Shown here: one piece after another, positions 21,582-33,927 of the stretch
Position numbering within the stretch: position 1 is the stretch's first letter
Layout of the letters: each line of letters begins with the position of its first letter
DNA from: Podospora anserina
Taxonomy: Eukaryota
Assembly: GCA_017654855.1 (NCBI GenBank)
Contig: CM030332.1
Coordinates: 6,014,001-6,078,000, forward strand
Reading direction: 5' to 3'
Length of the DNA: 64,000 bases
Notes under the pieces: generated by a model
What the model was told of the DNA's origin: nothing
The model's database searches: none
Seen by the model: the letters and a program-made list of their open reading frames with translations, nothing else
Position numbers and translations under genes: made by a program

Positions 21582-22913
21582 CAAAAGTGGTTTGAGGTGG
21601 CAGAATCTTTATCTAATCTACCTAAACATTTTCTTACCTTTTACGAGTCACTTGTAACTAACTTCTTTATAAATAAACTATATACTAAAGGGTATCTTCC
21701 CCCGAAGTAAGGTACCAAGGCCTTCCATGTAGCTGCCTACTATCTCCCAATCGATTTTTTAGGTCCTTGAATCGTTTCTTTAGACCGCGCTAAAGACTTC
21801 GCTCGATGGATATATCGATGATCGTTTCATCGGATGTATATATATATCCACTCATCCTTATCTTTTAGGAGCTTCGAGTCGTGCCTGGAAGTCAACCTTC
21901 TAACAATCGCTCGGAGCAAGGACAGGATCTGTTCTGTACAAACATGCCTAACGTTAGCTCTAATATTACAACGTTAGGCGACCTTCCATCAAAATGTTAT
22001 TCTAAATACATTCGAGGTTATTCTTATAATATTTGTTACTTTCCTAACTACTCACTCGAAGAAGTGGTAATGCACGTTCATTTGCCTGATCGACCTGTTC
22101 GGCCACTTAGCTGGCTCGTTCGGCAGGGCTGAGTGGTTCGGCGGCTGGGCTACGTAGTTGGTTGTTGGTTAAAAAGAAAAAGTAAGAAAATCCAGCCCCA
22201 AGAGCAAAACCGGTGTGGGTCTGGGAAAACCCAGGCCCTTCAGTGTCCCGCATTGCCTCTTTAGAATTTCTAGACTTTGTTCGCGCCCAATACGCTGCAG
22301 TTCCGAGAGACCGCATGTTTACGGGAACACACGCCGGCAGGCCAGTTGATTAGGCCCTCTCGGGTAGGTGGAAGCAATTACCGTGAAGACTCTAGGGTCC
22401 CTAAACTGCGAGGTAGCTACGGTATGAGGTGACACCTAAGGAAGGCAAGTATAGGGAACTATGCCCTGTCAATAAAATCATAGACACTGAACTACAGGGA
22501 TCTACGCCCAGGAAGAGAGTGTGGTGAACCAGTATATTGAACTCTAACTGTTTGGCTTGAACTTGAACTTAAGGAAGGAATGAAAAGTCAATTCCAAACA
22601 CACCGCGAGGGAAGCCCTTTATAGGCATTGAAGACCTCCTTATCGCTCCCCACAACTTCCATCGGTTCAGTGGCCCACAGTGGCTTGTATCGCTGATAAG
22701 CCCTGTTGAGTCCCTTGTATTCGATTGATTCCAGTTGGTGAGAACGCTGTGGTGAGAGCTGCGGTTTCCAACCGCAAGTGCTGCTGGTGGTGCAAGTGCT
22801 GGAAACCACACAGAAGAATACTGTAAAATCCACAAATACGTGCTGTATTTTATTGATTCCGGATCTTGGGATCTATACAGTATATAAGCAGAGCGCCTGA
22901 GGTTTCAAAGCTT

Positions 22914-24099
22914 TGCCGACGCTGGTGTTTACAGTAGAACCGAGTCTACAGCAACAAGCCCTTCTCTAGAGCCCAGATATCGAGAAAAATGAAATATGTA
23001 AGGGTGGCAACGACCCTCCTGGCGAATAGCAACGTGTATGAGGGTTATCTCCTTTACGTCTAACTTGCAAATAGTCCCCATCTAAGATTGCCTCTGAGTG
23101 AAGACCGCCCGACGCCTTCATTTTACGGACGCTAGTCGGCGTTCCTTCAAGCAGGAGCCCACGTATCCCTGCGCATTAGCCAGCCACTTCGTGTTCTAGC
23201 CATACCTTTACGCTATCTGCTGCCGCTTCTCCTCTCCCCATCCGACTTGCCCCTGACCGTTCCTGACTCCGCCACTCTCGCGTTCACCGACGTGCTGCCT
23301 GCTCTGTACCAGCTGACATATTCAAAGTTCGCGGCCTCTGAGCCAAGAAGTAATCAGTTCCCACATCGGCAGGAATCATACGACTAAACCCCCGATAGCT
23401 CCATTTTCCTTCCATGAAGAGTCTGAAGTTGTAGGGTTATCGGCAATACCGAGAGGAATAGAATCCTTGGTGATGTGAATGTAAGTGCTGCCTTCTGAGT
23501 GGGTCTCTCAGCCCTCCCTCCTTTCCCCCTACTTATATTTTTAGCTCAATATGCTCGCCAGCGGTCCTGAAGGAAGTAGGCCGAGGGCGGTGCGCCTTAC
23601 CGCTGCTCCGTTTGCATAATGCTATGGATCTATGGCCATTGAAGTTTGACACCCCTCATCCCTTAACGCTAGTATATGCCTGTTGAATTAATCTACCAGG
23701 TACCCTTACTGTTCCCTAGTACATGGGACGGCAAAATGGAAACTCGGGCAACGGACAGGTAGTCATTCTCGCCGTCTATAACTACGTGATTTCTGAATTG
23801 TAGTAATATGGCAATTCATAAGTGTCTTCTTCTGTTTTAAAAAAAAATTAACAAGTTCGTCTATGTCTAAAGTTGCAATTTTAATACAAATGGTGGTTCT
23901 AGTGGGTTTGATAACGGGCTACTGGCACGCGCAAGGAGAAAACGGAAGTCATGATCAGTTTTGGTTGCGGCAAGTATAGCCGAACGGTCCTTGGACCCAC
24001 TTCAGCTCAGGGTGATGCTCACTGCGCTCACCTTCTGCTCACCTTGTGAGACCAATACGGACTGAGCCAAAAATTTTGTCGGGTGTGACTATACAGGTA
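22914..24099 (+). repeat. Copy 1 of ~1.2-kb non-coding direct repeat
   Basis: Colinear with 45423-46404 from TGCCGACGCTGG to GGGTGTGACTATAYAGGTA, with indels. Confidence 0.92.
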
Positions 24100-24700
24100 G
24101 GCTATCACAGGTATTTTGATGACCTATTTATAAATATCAGGTGCTCATTGATAATTAAAGACGATGCATGATAGATAAGACCAGAGGTTCTTGGATAACC
24201 TTAACAAGCACCCATCTAGTTATCAATTTAAACCCGAATGGACGCACTGATTTTTCTCATTAACTGTGGGAGAGATGGAAGAATAATCAGATAATTCTAC
24301 TGGAAATGGGCACCGATGGGCTAGTCCTACATAATACCGCCAAAGGGGGCGGTGAGTAAGGCACATAATGAAGCGAGCCGAAGGAAGGCAAAGAGCAGAG
24401 AAGTACCGGAACAGGCCTGCAATCAATGCAAAGACTGAAAAGCTAACATCAATAATAGTATCAGGATCAGTGATAGATACCTCGATAATGTTGGGTGACT
24501 TGTGTCAAGTTGTAGATCAGAGTCAGGGAATGTGCATGTCTTGCTTTGCTGTGTGTTTAGAGAGCCGCAATTATATTTTTCGTTAAGAGTATGGGTGGGG
24601 AGAATTCCCGGTTCTCAACTTTAAAAGATGTTATACATAAGGGACAAAGATCCATAGCTTATCACGGAAGGATAAAAAAAGGGCTACCTACTTAAAAAAA

Positions 24701-24815
24701 TATTTTGTGTTGGGTTTGAACCAAGGCAATACCGGCCGATACTGCGGGTTGACTTCTCGTAACCTAGAAACTAGGGATTAACTGCGGAACACTCAAACTA
24801 CTACACCATCAGGCT
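24701..24815 (-). ncRNA. Degenerate tRNA-like Pol III element
   Basis: A-box-like TGGTGTAGTAG, T-arm TTGG-TTCAAAC-CCAA, T7 run at 24700-24694. No acceptor stem. Shares TTGAGTGTT and ACCCGCAGT with 29443-29554. Confidence 0.4.
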
Positions 24816-26990
24816 AATTTTGTTGAATTACTGCTCCCAGAATCTCATTTAAGTACTGTGCTCTGTGTTTGAGGATTAGCTCCACCCGCAGAGAGTCACT
24901 ACTGCCTCTACCGAAAGAACAAACCCTCCATGTAGCACCTATCAATTAAGGGATACCACCCCCGACCTAAGCCACTGCACCGGGAGGCCCGTTACAGAAG
25001 CATCAAAACAATCACGTCTTTAATCAACCTTGGCACCCCTTGGGTGCGCTATTGTGATTTTTGATTGACTAAATTCAGATGTACTCGGCTGAAGAATCAA
25101 GACATTCCTACCCACTTGCTTTCTTTATCCAGGGTAGAAGTTCCACATTCTCAGGTGCACTTTTTCAAAGTATAAATGAGAGAATGGCCGAGGACTTGAT
25201 CTGAAAAGATGTTGGATTGAAAGAACCAACATTATTGATTTGTTTCGTGTCCTTCCATCGAAAGTCTTCCCCAACACCCCTTACCCATTCCTGACGCACT
25301 TACTGGAGGTGGCATGTGCGTGTCGCGATTTAACCCAGTGCTTGCTTCCCAAAGAGTCAAGCAAGGAACCCCAGTGCCGTGGCTATCGTCGGAGAAACTT
25401 GAACTTGAAGCAAGGCTCTAGACTATTACGACTTTCATTCCTGGCAGACCTGGCGGTGAGGAAATCCCAAAAATGTCGGCTCGGGGAGAAAACCAAGTGC
25501 ACTGCCCTGGAACTTCCTGGTGACCTCAGTCACACTCATGAGACTTCTTCACCTTCCAAATGACCACATACTCGAGTCATAAGTCACTGATAAGGCTCCG
25601 AATTGGCTTTCTTCATGATGTTCTGGTATGAATCCTCAGACTCGGTGAAGGCACCGAGACATTGATTGAGGGCCTGGGCCAACAGAAGGCCGAGAGCATA
25701 TCGCCGACACGAGGCAAGGGAACATATTTGACTAGTATATACAGATCATTGCTGATGCTGGGCCCATTCTTCGGGGATGGTATTTGAGACATCGAGTCAT
25801 CTGGATCGTCGACCATGTGCTTGGGCCAGACATGATTGCTGAGGAATGTGATGAACAAGAATAGAACACCCAGAAGACCCAAAGAAGCCACAAAGCCGAG
25901 ACACTAGCAGAAAGAGTCAGACGAGGCCTCGGCAGGATCTTTCGAGCCGATTTTCCCAAGGCTGGATCATGGTAGCATCGTGTGCATCACAAAATTGGCC
26001 CAATTCTCGATGAAGTGGAAAGTGGAGCTGGCTCCCACGAGATGGCGGGTCCCTGCGGTCCAATTAAGGACGACATCGTGTTTGTGGGACCCACTAGGCT
26101 AGCGGACTGCAGCCAATTGAAGCTCCCAATTGCTGTTTTTGTGGGGCAGCACCGGTCGCTCGTCCGAGAAAAAAGCTTGTTTCGGTTTCCCACGTTTTTG
26201 GGGAGCTTTGACAGTGACAGGTGTCTTGTCAAGGTTTCAGCCTGTGTTTTGTTGGCGATGTTTACTTTCTATCAGTGTTTGTCGCTGTCTTTGGGATGAG
26301 TCAAACACCACCGATCAGGTCTATCATCCCTCGAAGATGAGAGTTCCATCTGGCCCCCACCGGCATTCCAGCAAGACACATCACATGAAGAATCCGACTG
26401 CCTGGAATTTGCTGTCTTACGATTTCTTCTAGATTCCTAGACCCAACGGTCCGGTCGAGTTCGTCCGCCCGTTCCGAATCCGGCTAGGGCTAGTCTCCAG
26501 CACCAGCTGAATCCACAGCTTCGTCTCGTCTATCCCCGTTTGGGACCACGACGTCCGAGCCCAGCCCACAGCAGCTACAGCTTTGCTGTACGACCACCGC
26601 GAATGTATTTTCCCCAATAGTTCTAGCATAAACGCCACCTGTAAGGAAGAGATTATGGAAATCAGATTTATTGACCGGTTTTGTGCTGCATTCCACAGTC
26701 ATGTGCGGCGCTGGGAGGCGCCGACTCCACAGAATGCAAGACACGCGAGGTGGCGTCCCAGACCCCTGACCTTGAATGATGATGGAGTCGACACTATCGA
26801 ACTCCAATTTCCCTCCTGCAGCTTCTCAGCCAAGTCCCCCAAGAGCAACAGAGGTTCAATGAGGGTGGAAAATCAACACAGATAAATGGGCAGTGCCCCT
26901 TCCCTGCTATCACCATAATCTCGGACCCCCAGCGCTCTCTTCATCACCGCACCGCATTGCCTCTCGTTAACTGTGCAAGACAATCTAGCA

Positions 26991-28616
26991 ATGGCTTCCA
27001 CTCGCTCATCTTCTGGCCTGCGGGCTGTGTCTCTCTTTTGCCTTATTGCCGCTTCTCAGGCCGTCCCTCACGGCAATGTCTTCAAACGCCAGGGCACTTC
27101 GTCAACCCGCAATGGATGCTTCGTCAGCAACGTCAATGGCCAACGTCTTCTGTCCGCCTCTACCTACGCCAGTGATGCCATGACCGTCGAGAGCTGTGCG
27201 TCCTTCTGCTTTAGGCACAAGTACTTTGCCCTCGAATTTGGCCGTGAGTGCTACTGCGGAAACTCCTACACTGCCCAGCCCGTCAGTGATACCCAGTGCT
27301 CTATGCAGTGCGCTGGCAACCCAGCACAGAATTGTGGCGCCGGTAACCGTGTCGACCTCTACACCAACGGACTCTACGTTCCCCGAGCCCCCGCCACCCT
27401 GAGCACACCTTACCTCGGTTGCTTTGTTGACGAGGGACCCCGTGTGCTCCCTAACAACCTCCTGGGCGCGAGTGATATGACAGCTGAGAGGTGTGCTGCC
27501 CACTGTTCCAACTATTCTTACTTTGGTCTCGAGTATGGCAGAGAGGTAAGTCTTGTCGTTGCCCTGCATAAATATTAGAGTTAAACACTGACTTCGTCGC
27601 TGTAGTGCTGGTGTGGAAACTCCAAGCCAAAGAACCCTGCCCCTGAAACAGATTGCTCATTCCCTTGCTCCGGAGACGACTCTCAGCTCTGCGGTGCCGG
27701 CGGCCGGATCAATGTCTGGGGATCCCCTCTTCCTTCCCCTGAAAATGTTGGCGACTTCGAATACACTGGCTGCTTCACCGATGCCGTTGGTCAGCGTTCG
27801 CTCAGAGGCAAGACCACCTACGACTCACAGATGACCTTGGAGAAGTGCGCGGCCTCCTGCTCCGGATACGATTACTTTGGCGTCTCATTTGCGGAAGAAT
27901 GCTACTGCGGTGACACACTGGAGCCAACAGCCGAGGAGGTTCCCCAGGCCGAGTGCGCGATGCGTTGCGCCGGCAACTACAACCAGGTCTGCGGCGACGC
28001 CAACAGGTTGAACGTCTACTCTAACGCCCAGTGTCTCCCGGATCCGGAAAGCCCGCTCAGCGTCACCGGCTTCAACTACCAGGCCTGCTGGACCGATCAG
28101 GTTGGCGACCGCTCCCTTCGCGATGTCGTGGAGCGTAGCGACAACATGACAGTCGAGACATGCGCCGCCATTTGCAAGGACTTCAACTTCTTTGGTGTCG
28201 AGTTCGGCAGGGAATGCTTCTGTGGCAACACCCTCTACGGAGAGGTGGCACCTGCTAGCGATTGCACTTTCCGGTGCGCCGGTGACTCGACACAGCTCTG
28301 CGGTGCTGTTGACCGGTTGAACCTGTACTATGCCACTGTTCCCCCAACCACGACATCGGCTGTTGCCACACCTACTCCTACACCTACCCTCCCTGCTGAG
28401 GAAGAGGACGATGGGGAGCCCACTGCTACCACTGAGACCCCAACTCCCACTTCCACTCTCCCCGGCGGTGACGAGGAGGATGAGGAGCCCACACCTGTGT
28501 CCACTGCCGTGGATGCTGAGCCCACTGACACCGACGTGGAGGATGAGCCTCCCGTTGAGACTGACGTGGAAGACGAAGAGGACGATGAGGCTCTTCCCAC
28601 TCCTACTCCCAACTAA
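26991..28616 (+). CDS. Secreted multi-WSC-domain protein with acidic Thr/Pro tail, 1 intron (27546-27605)
   Basis: Signal peptide, KR site and four repeats of GCF..MT.E.C...C..Y.YFG.EFGRECYCGN..C...CAG...Q.CG...R...Y. Confidence 0.92.
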
Positions 28617-29442
28617 GCGATATTATAGTGACTCATGAAACAGGTGTGTTTTGCTCGCGTTTTTTTCTTTTTAGTTTGTTTGGGATACCATGCGCAGCAA
28701 CATTGCTCATCTTATGCCGTAGCCACGATCATTTGGATTTACTTTGTTAGTTGAGCATAGCAATGTCACACAAGCGACTCGTATATGTCACTCATACATT
28801 TTTGATCTGTTTGACTTACTCGGATACTGCATAGCGGTACTTGTCTCGTGTTAATGTGGTGATATTTGTTACATGACATAAATCGATGCTGTGATGCAGT
28901 CCTAATGAACAGGGAAAAAAGCCCACAGAAGAAAAAAATATGACTCGGCGAGGAAGTACCTAATTACCTATAGAAAAACTTAATATCCGTACTCAGTAAT
29001 ACAAATGATTAAGACAGCTCTTACATGACAGACAGATTATCCTCATCTGAGCCCAACCCTCAAAAGTTTTATCATTACCCAGTCCTTTTTCATCACCGCC
29101 CAAGCTTTCTTTTTTACCATGCAAACTTCATTATTTATCTAGAGGCTTGGATGATACACTCGGCGCTTGTGATTGTTGAAGTACCGTTTGCAAACGCAGA
29201 GCAACTTTATCTTGACAGCTTACACACGCCAGAAAGCCGTTTATTACCAGGAGAGCTGACGATGCCCTTCGTTTGCACGGGCTTACTGCGGTGCGTTTGC
29301 TTGTATTCTTCAACGACAACAAGAAAAAAATCAACATCTCAAGGCAACCGATACCGTGTACCTGTCTACTTACATGGTCATAATCAAAGAGAAATGAAAG
29401 TGAATCAGATGAAAGTGGTGCTCGGGGGGGACATCGGCAAGA

Positions 29443-29554
29443 GGTGACAGACATTGGACTCGAACCATGCAGATATAGAACGCTAAGCACTGCGGGTAAT
29501 TTTATCAATAGAATGCTATGTGATAAACACTCAAGACCACTGCGCCACGGGACC
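29443..29554 (-). ncRNA. Degenerate tRNA-like Pol III element
   Basis: GGTCCCG-TGGCGCAGTGG (consensus A box), D-stem GCGC/GTGT, stem TATCA/TGATA and B box GGTTCGAGTCC. Acceptor stem only partly pairs. Confidence 0.5.
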
Positions 29555-29842
29555 TTTTTGTTGAATTTCAACTGCAAATTTCTTATTGATATACCTAGGC
29601 ACCTTGCTCCGAAATCAAGGGTTAGGGACCAGATAGTGGACCTGTCCCCGCATGCTGCTGCCTAGTGCTAGCAAAGGCGCGTATCCTCGACAGTGCCAGA
29701 TCGCAACTTCCTTCGATTGACTGCGTCGCTCAACTAGACCTCGCCGACACTTGATATATAAAAGGCGACGTTCAGTGCGCTATTTCTCCGTTGTTTCCAC
29801 CCATACCTACCGTACCTAGTTGGCACATAGACCGTAGACGTC

Positions 29843-31207
29843 ATGCCTGTCACAATCAAGACCGGGAACACATGGCCCGAGGCGTGGGACCGAGAGCTCA
29901 AGGTTGATAGTTCCTTTCGACGTGAGAATGAGACAGGGCCCCAGTACGTGAACCCGAAGGCGACTAGTTCGAGTGCCCTCCTCGCTGGAGTGTCGCACGA
30001 AGAGCATAGCCAGAGCAAAGGCATTCTCCAGTGCTCCCTCGCCTTCGACGATAAGGACTTGGCCGACAGCTTCGTCTCGCCTTCCAATAACGGCTTCGTC
30101 AACACCATGGTTCATGCGTACAGCTATCATCACCATGTTGTCCTCCGTCCCGAGGACATCTGGTTCGCCATTCTTACACAGCTCAGTTTCTACATGAACA
30201 AGAACGCCGAAGCTCTACGCTCCCTATTTGTAGCCCACGAAGGCAAGAAGGAACTTTCGATTGAGATGGACGATCAAGGCGGTGGTCTCGAGAACGTTGA
30301 CTTTGGCGTCTTTGCCAAGAAGATGACGCACCTACTCCAGGAGAATGTGCTCGACCCAGACTTTCGTCAGTGGATCATCCCCAACTTCACCACCACTACC
30401 GACAACGATCTCGTGGTTGGCAGCATCCTTATGATGGGAGGGCTAAAGGAATACTTCGCTTACACCTGTTACACGTGCTGTGGTATGCCCTCCGTTACCC
30501 TTCTGGGTGAGCGCGTGGACTACGAGAAGATTCTCAAACGACTCGATGGTTTGCCCCGTCTCGGCAAGGAGCCCACAACATTTGGCCTGTTGCTTGGCCC
30601 CATCATCCGCCGCTTCATCGCCAGCTTCGACAACCCAAGAGACCCGGATGTGCTCAGTTTCTGGGCCCGCTCCGTAGATCGAGAGTCCGATAGCGGGACG
30701 GATGACCTCACCGGCTGGATCTCAGCCTTTTGTTTCTGGGATTCGCTGGGCCAGTGCACGTACGATGGCGATAACAACTGGCCCAGCAGACTGACCCTTG
30801 ACGGAGTCAAATATGGCTATGCTAAGACGGAGGAGATTCCTAACGGCTTCGCTGCAGTTCCGGTTAAGATTGTGTACTTCCGTGATGAGATACACAGCCG
30901 GATGGTGGCGGGATCGGTGGGCATTCGAGGGATAACATATAACGAACGATTTGGCGTGGACGACTCTGTACCTGCATCAGCTTCTGGTAGAGTTACACCT
31001 CTGCGGGACACGATCCAGCCTGTGGTTGGTTGGTGGATTTACAGGACTGAGAACGACACTAAGGGCGTGAACTTTTCGTTCAAAAATAGGCCCTCTGAAC
31101 CTCGCTTTCAGAGCCAGGCCAAGCCGAACTCTAAACTAAATTCTAAAAGCCGTGCCAAGCAATTAGTCCACCAGTTTAGAGGGCTATTCAAGAGCCGTGG
31201 TATATAA
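29843..31207 (+). CDS. DUF4419-family protein
   Basis: NGFV..AYSYHHHVVLRPEDIWFAILTQ, FTTTTDND, MMGGLKEYF..CGMPSVTLLGE and GWISAFCFW motifs. TATATAAA at about 29756. Confidence 0.85.
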   Translation: MPVTIKTGNTWPEAWDRELKVDSSFRRENETGPQYVNPKATSSSALLAGVSHEEHSQSKGILQCSLAFDDKDLADSFVSPSNNGFVNTMVHAYSYHHHVVLRPEDIWFAILTQLSFYMNKNAEALRSLFVAHEGKKELSIEMDDQGGGLENVDFGVFAKKMTHLLQENVLDPDFRQWIIPNFTTTTDNDLVVGSILMMGGLKEYFAYTCYTCCGMPSVTLLGERVDYEKILKRLDGLPRLGKEPTTFGLLLGPIIRRFIASFDNPRDPDVLSFWARSVDRESDSGTDDLTGWISAFCFWDSLGQCTYDGDNNWPSRLTLDGVKYGYAKTEEIPNGFAAVPVKIVYFRDEIHSRMVAGSVGIRGITYNERFGVDDSVPASASGRVTPLRDTIQPVVGWWIYRTENDTKGVNFSFKNRPSEPRFQSQAKPNSKLNSKSRAKQLVHQFRGLFKSRGI

Positions 31208-31686
31208 CGTGGTAGCTAGGAGGTGGTGGCTGAAGTATAAATAAGGCCCTGAGCCTTTGTCATCGATTACCCCTTTGCTACATCTCGAGGCCGCGGTCAG
31301 CAGTCAACTATCCCCTTGGAATCTGACTTTGTATATACTAACAGTTGATAATGTTACGATTAATCCATTCTTTCCTACGCTATGCTATTCAACAAATCCG
31401 AGATCTGTCTTCTCTCCCAAAAGACGCTGTTGATACCCAGATGCACTCTACAATATATCCATCTTAGCGAACTCATGTAACAACACCATGGCGTACCCTG
31501 GCCATCACCTTGCAAGCTATTTCAGCATTTCCCAAAGGACGCATGTACGCCCAATTCGAGTTTTGGTTTGCAGAAGATCTTCAAAGCCTCGGCCTATCTA
31601 GTTAGTTTAGAGTCAGTCAACCATTCTCCATTAACCGCCCAGAGTACAAGAAGGTAAACATACAGGAACAAACAAATCAGGAAAGC

Positions 31687-31965
31687 TCAATTTAACTGAT
31701 CCAAAAACAGACTGTCTGTTTCAGAGACAACAGCTGCCGCATCCTCGACATGCTGGTCGACCTTGCTGGTTGCTGCATCGACAGTGGTGCAACTCTCTTG
31801 GATGCGTTTGCTGCAACGCTGAATGAAATTGAAGCCCTGGCAGAGCTCCCGAAATGGTGCTGGCAACACGCTACCAGACTCGTCGAAGTCATGAAACGCC
31901 TTTTGAATTGCATGAGCGTGTCTAGCAAGCTCGCCGGCGAGCTTCGTAACATCAGGGCTATACAC
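31687..31965 (-). CDS. Small hypothetical helical protein
   Basis: 92-aa ATG-initiated ORF with plausible composition only. Confidence 0.3.
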   Translation of the reverse strand: MYSPDVTKLAGELARHAHAIQKAFHDFDESGSVLPAPFRELCQGFNFIQRCSKRIQESCTTVDAATSKVDQHVEDAAAVVSETDSLFLDQLN

Positions 31966-32075
31966 AATGGGTCTTCTGTGACGCCTCGGAGGCCGGGCAT
32001 AGCGAAGGTTCGTTTCTTCTCAGAGGTAAAGTGTGTTAGCGATCAGTTCAGGATCAAGGTCGCATTAGAGGACAG

Positions 32076-32654
32076 TTACTTACCCTCATCTGACTGAGCA
32101 GACTCCGAGTCACTTGCGGTGGGACTGTAGTAGCAGTCCGAGTGACTACCCTCAATTTTCCCATCAGTTTTGAGCGTTTCAAGAAACGCTGCCCAGTCTG
32201 TTCGAGTGTCGGCAAGTCTGTCCTGAGCTCCAATGCTCGGCCGAAACTTCTCCACACCTGCGATGTCGTCAAGCAGCTTCATTATATATTGCTGCCTATC
32301 ATTGAGATGGCGGGGCATTGAAGGGCCTTCATGTTCGGCAAGATACTGAGCACGGTCGCTCAACATATTTTGTTGAATCGCAATGAATCCGCCAGAAAGT
32401 GGCGCGTTGCCAAGTGTCCCACCGATTATCTTGTCATACTTGGGATCTCCTCGCATTTCGAGAAAGAAATGGTGGGCACGAAACAGCAACGCGAGGTTGT
32501 TGAGTACAATGGCGTTACCATTGTGGCCCTGGTTGGCCGGGGAAAATCAAGGATTCTCAAAGAACTGCTTAAACTCAGCAAACTTCAGAACGAGGGATCA
32601 ATGCCCAAAGGCTGGCACGACAGCATAGAGATCAAGAAGGCCGGTAGTCGCCAT
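32076..32654 (-). pseudogene. Hypothetical protein with two in-frame TGA codons
   Basis: ATG at 32654 is in frame with ORF 32076-32489. TGA at 32600-32598 and 32549-32547. Confidence 0.5.
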
Positions 32655-33927
32655 TGAAAACGAAATGTCGGGTGTACGGTGGGGAGTTGGGCGGAGAAAA
32701 GGATGATCCCAGGTGCAAAAGGGCTGTTGACATGGGAAAAAAGCTCAGTCGAAAGGTTTGCTGTGGTGCAAAGTCTGGACAGTGATCGAGAATTTTTTTT
32801 TCAAGCTGTCGGATTTGGCAAGAGAAAATGGAATGTGTGGCCCGAGGCCAAATAAGCAGGCAGGACTTTGGGAAGGTGCGGTCGTAATTGCTCTTTGCAG
32901 CCATACTACAGGTAATTTCATCCTAACGTGGGAACCACGGGTTAACTGGGATGAACGTTCAAGACCACAAAGCCATTGGACAATTTGGTGAATATTGAGA
33001 CGAGATCTGAAAGCTATATGGCGCCTGCTAAGCTCTCAGAGGTTAACCCTAACACACTTTGTCTGCATCCGTCATTAATGTCCTTTGCGCCATAAATGGT
33101 CCTACACTAGGCTGCTTCTCCCCTCGATAAGCAATATCAACAAGTTGATTTGAAAAGCTTTGCCTGGTCGGATTCTAATCGAAGTTCTTTGGGTGCGACC
33201 TCCAGTCAATGCAGACCGCTCGCCAACACAGGAAGGGAATTCTGCCGTTTTGTTTGCGAACGTGCCTCCCAATTTTCTGAACGTGAATTTGTATCTTCTT
33301 GCTTCCCTGAGTGTTTCCTTCAAGAGGCTTGGACTATAGTAGCACCAGTCACGTGCACGTTGTTATGGGATGCTATCCGGGTTAGAGTTATTTGGCCGGC
33401 GATTGACGGAGGAGGCAGGAGGTTGAAGGAGATATAAGTACATACGAGGAGGTTCGGACAATTTTTATGGATATTTCGCACGCTTTGTAGGGTAAGTCCG
33501 GAGGTTTTGACAGGTATAACAAGACGTCGTGGGCAGTTTATTTCATCTTCCTTTTCTTTTCTTGATCTAACAATTCAATCTCTTACCTGTGCCCTACGCC
33601 TGTACCCAGCCGTAGGCCGTTAACACACGTCTGACATACTGTCTGGAAGCGAGCTGCGATGGTGGTATGCTGCGGTAAGGAATAGGCAGCTTCAGTCTCA
33701 CCCACAGGTAGACTGCCCGATCTTGAGCTTACCTACCGCATATAATGACAGAATCTTGATAGACCTCATTAACTAAAATTTCCGGACAAGCCAGCCAGGG
33801 CAATAAACATGCCCACATTCACTCTTGCTTGAAGACGTTAAAAACCACCGTGGAATTATTTCAGGCACTTGAAACTCAACGCATCATATCTTCCTCATAC
33901 CCGGTATCCCCCAATTCATCAGTGATC

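Noticed and set aside
33044-33052. TAACCCTAA, the filamentous-fungal telomerase RNA template sequence
   Set aside because: A single 9-mer is expected by chance in 64 kb, and I could not identify flanking pseudoknot or CR4/5 elements.
33671-33740. Imperfect hairpin TGCGGTA...TACCGCA with inner CAGTCT/AGACTG
   Set aside because: Short stems, no promoter or family motif; could be chance.
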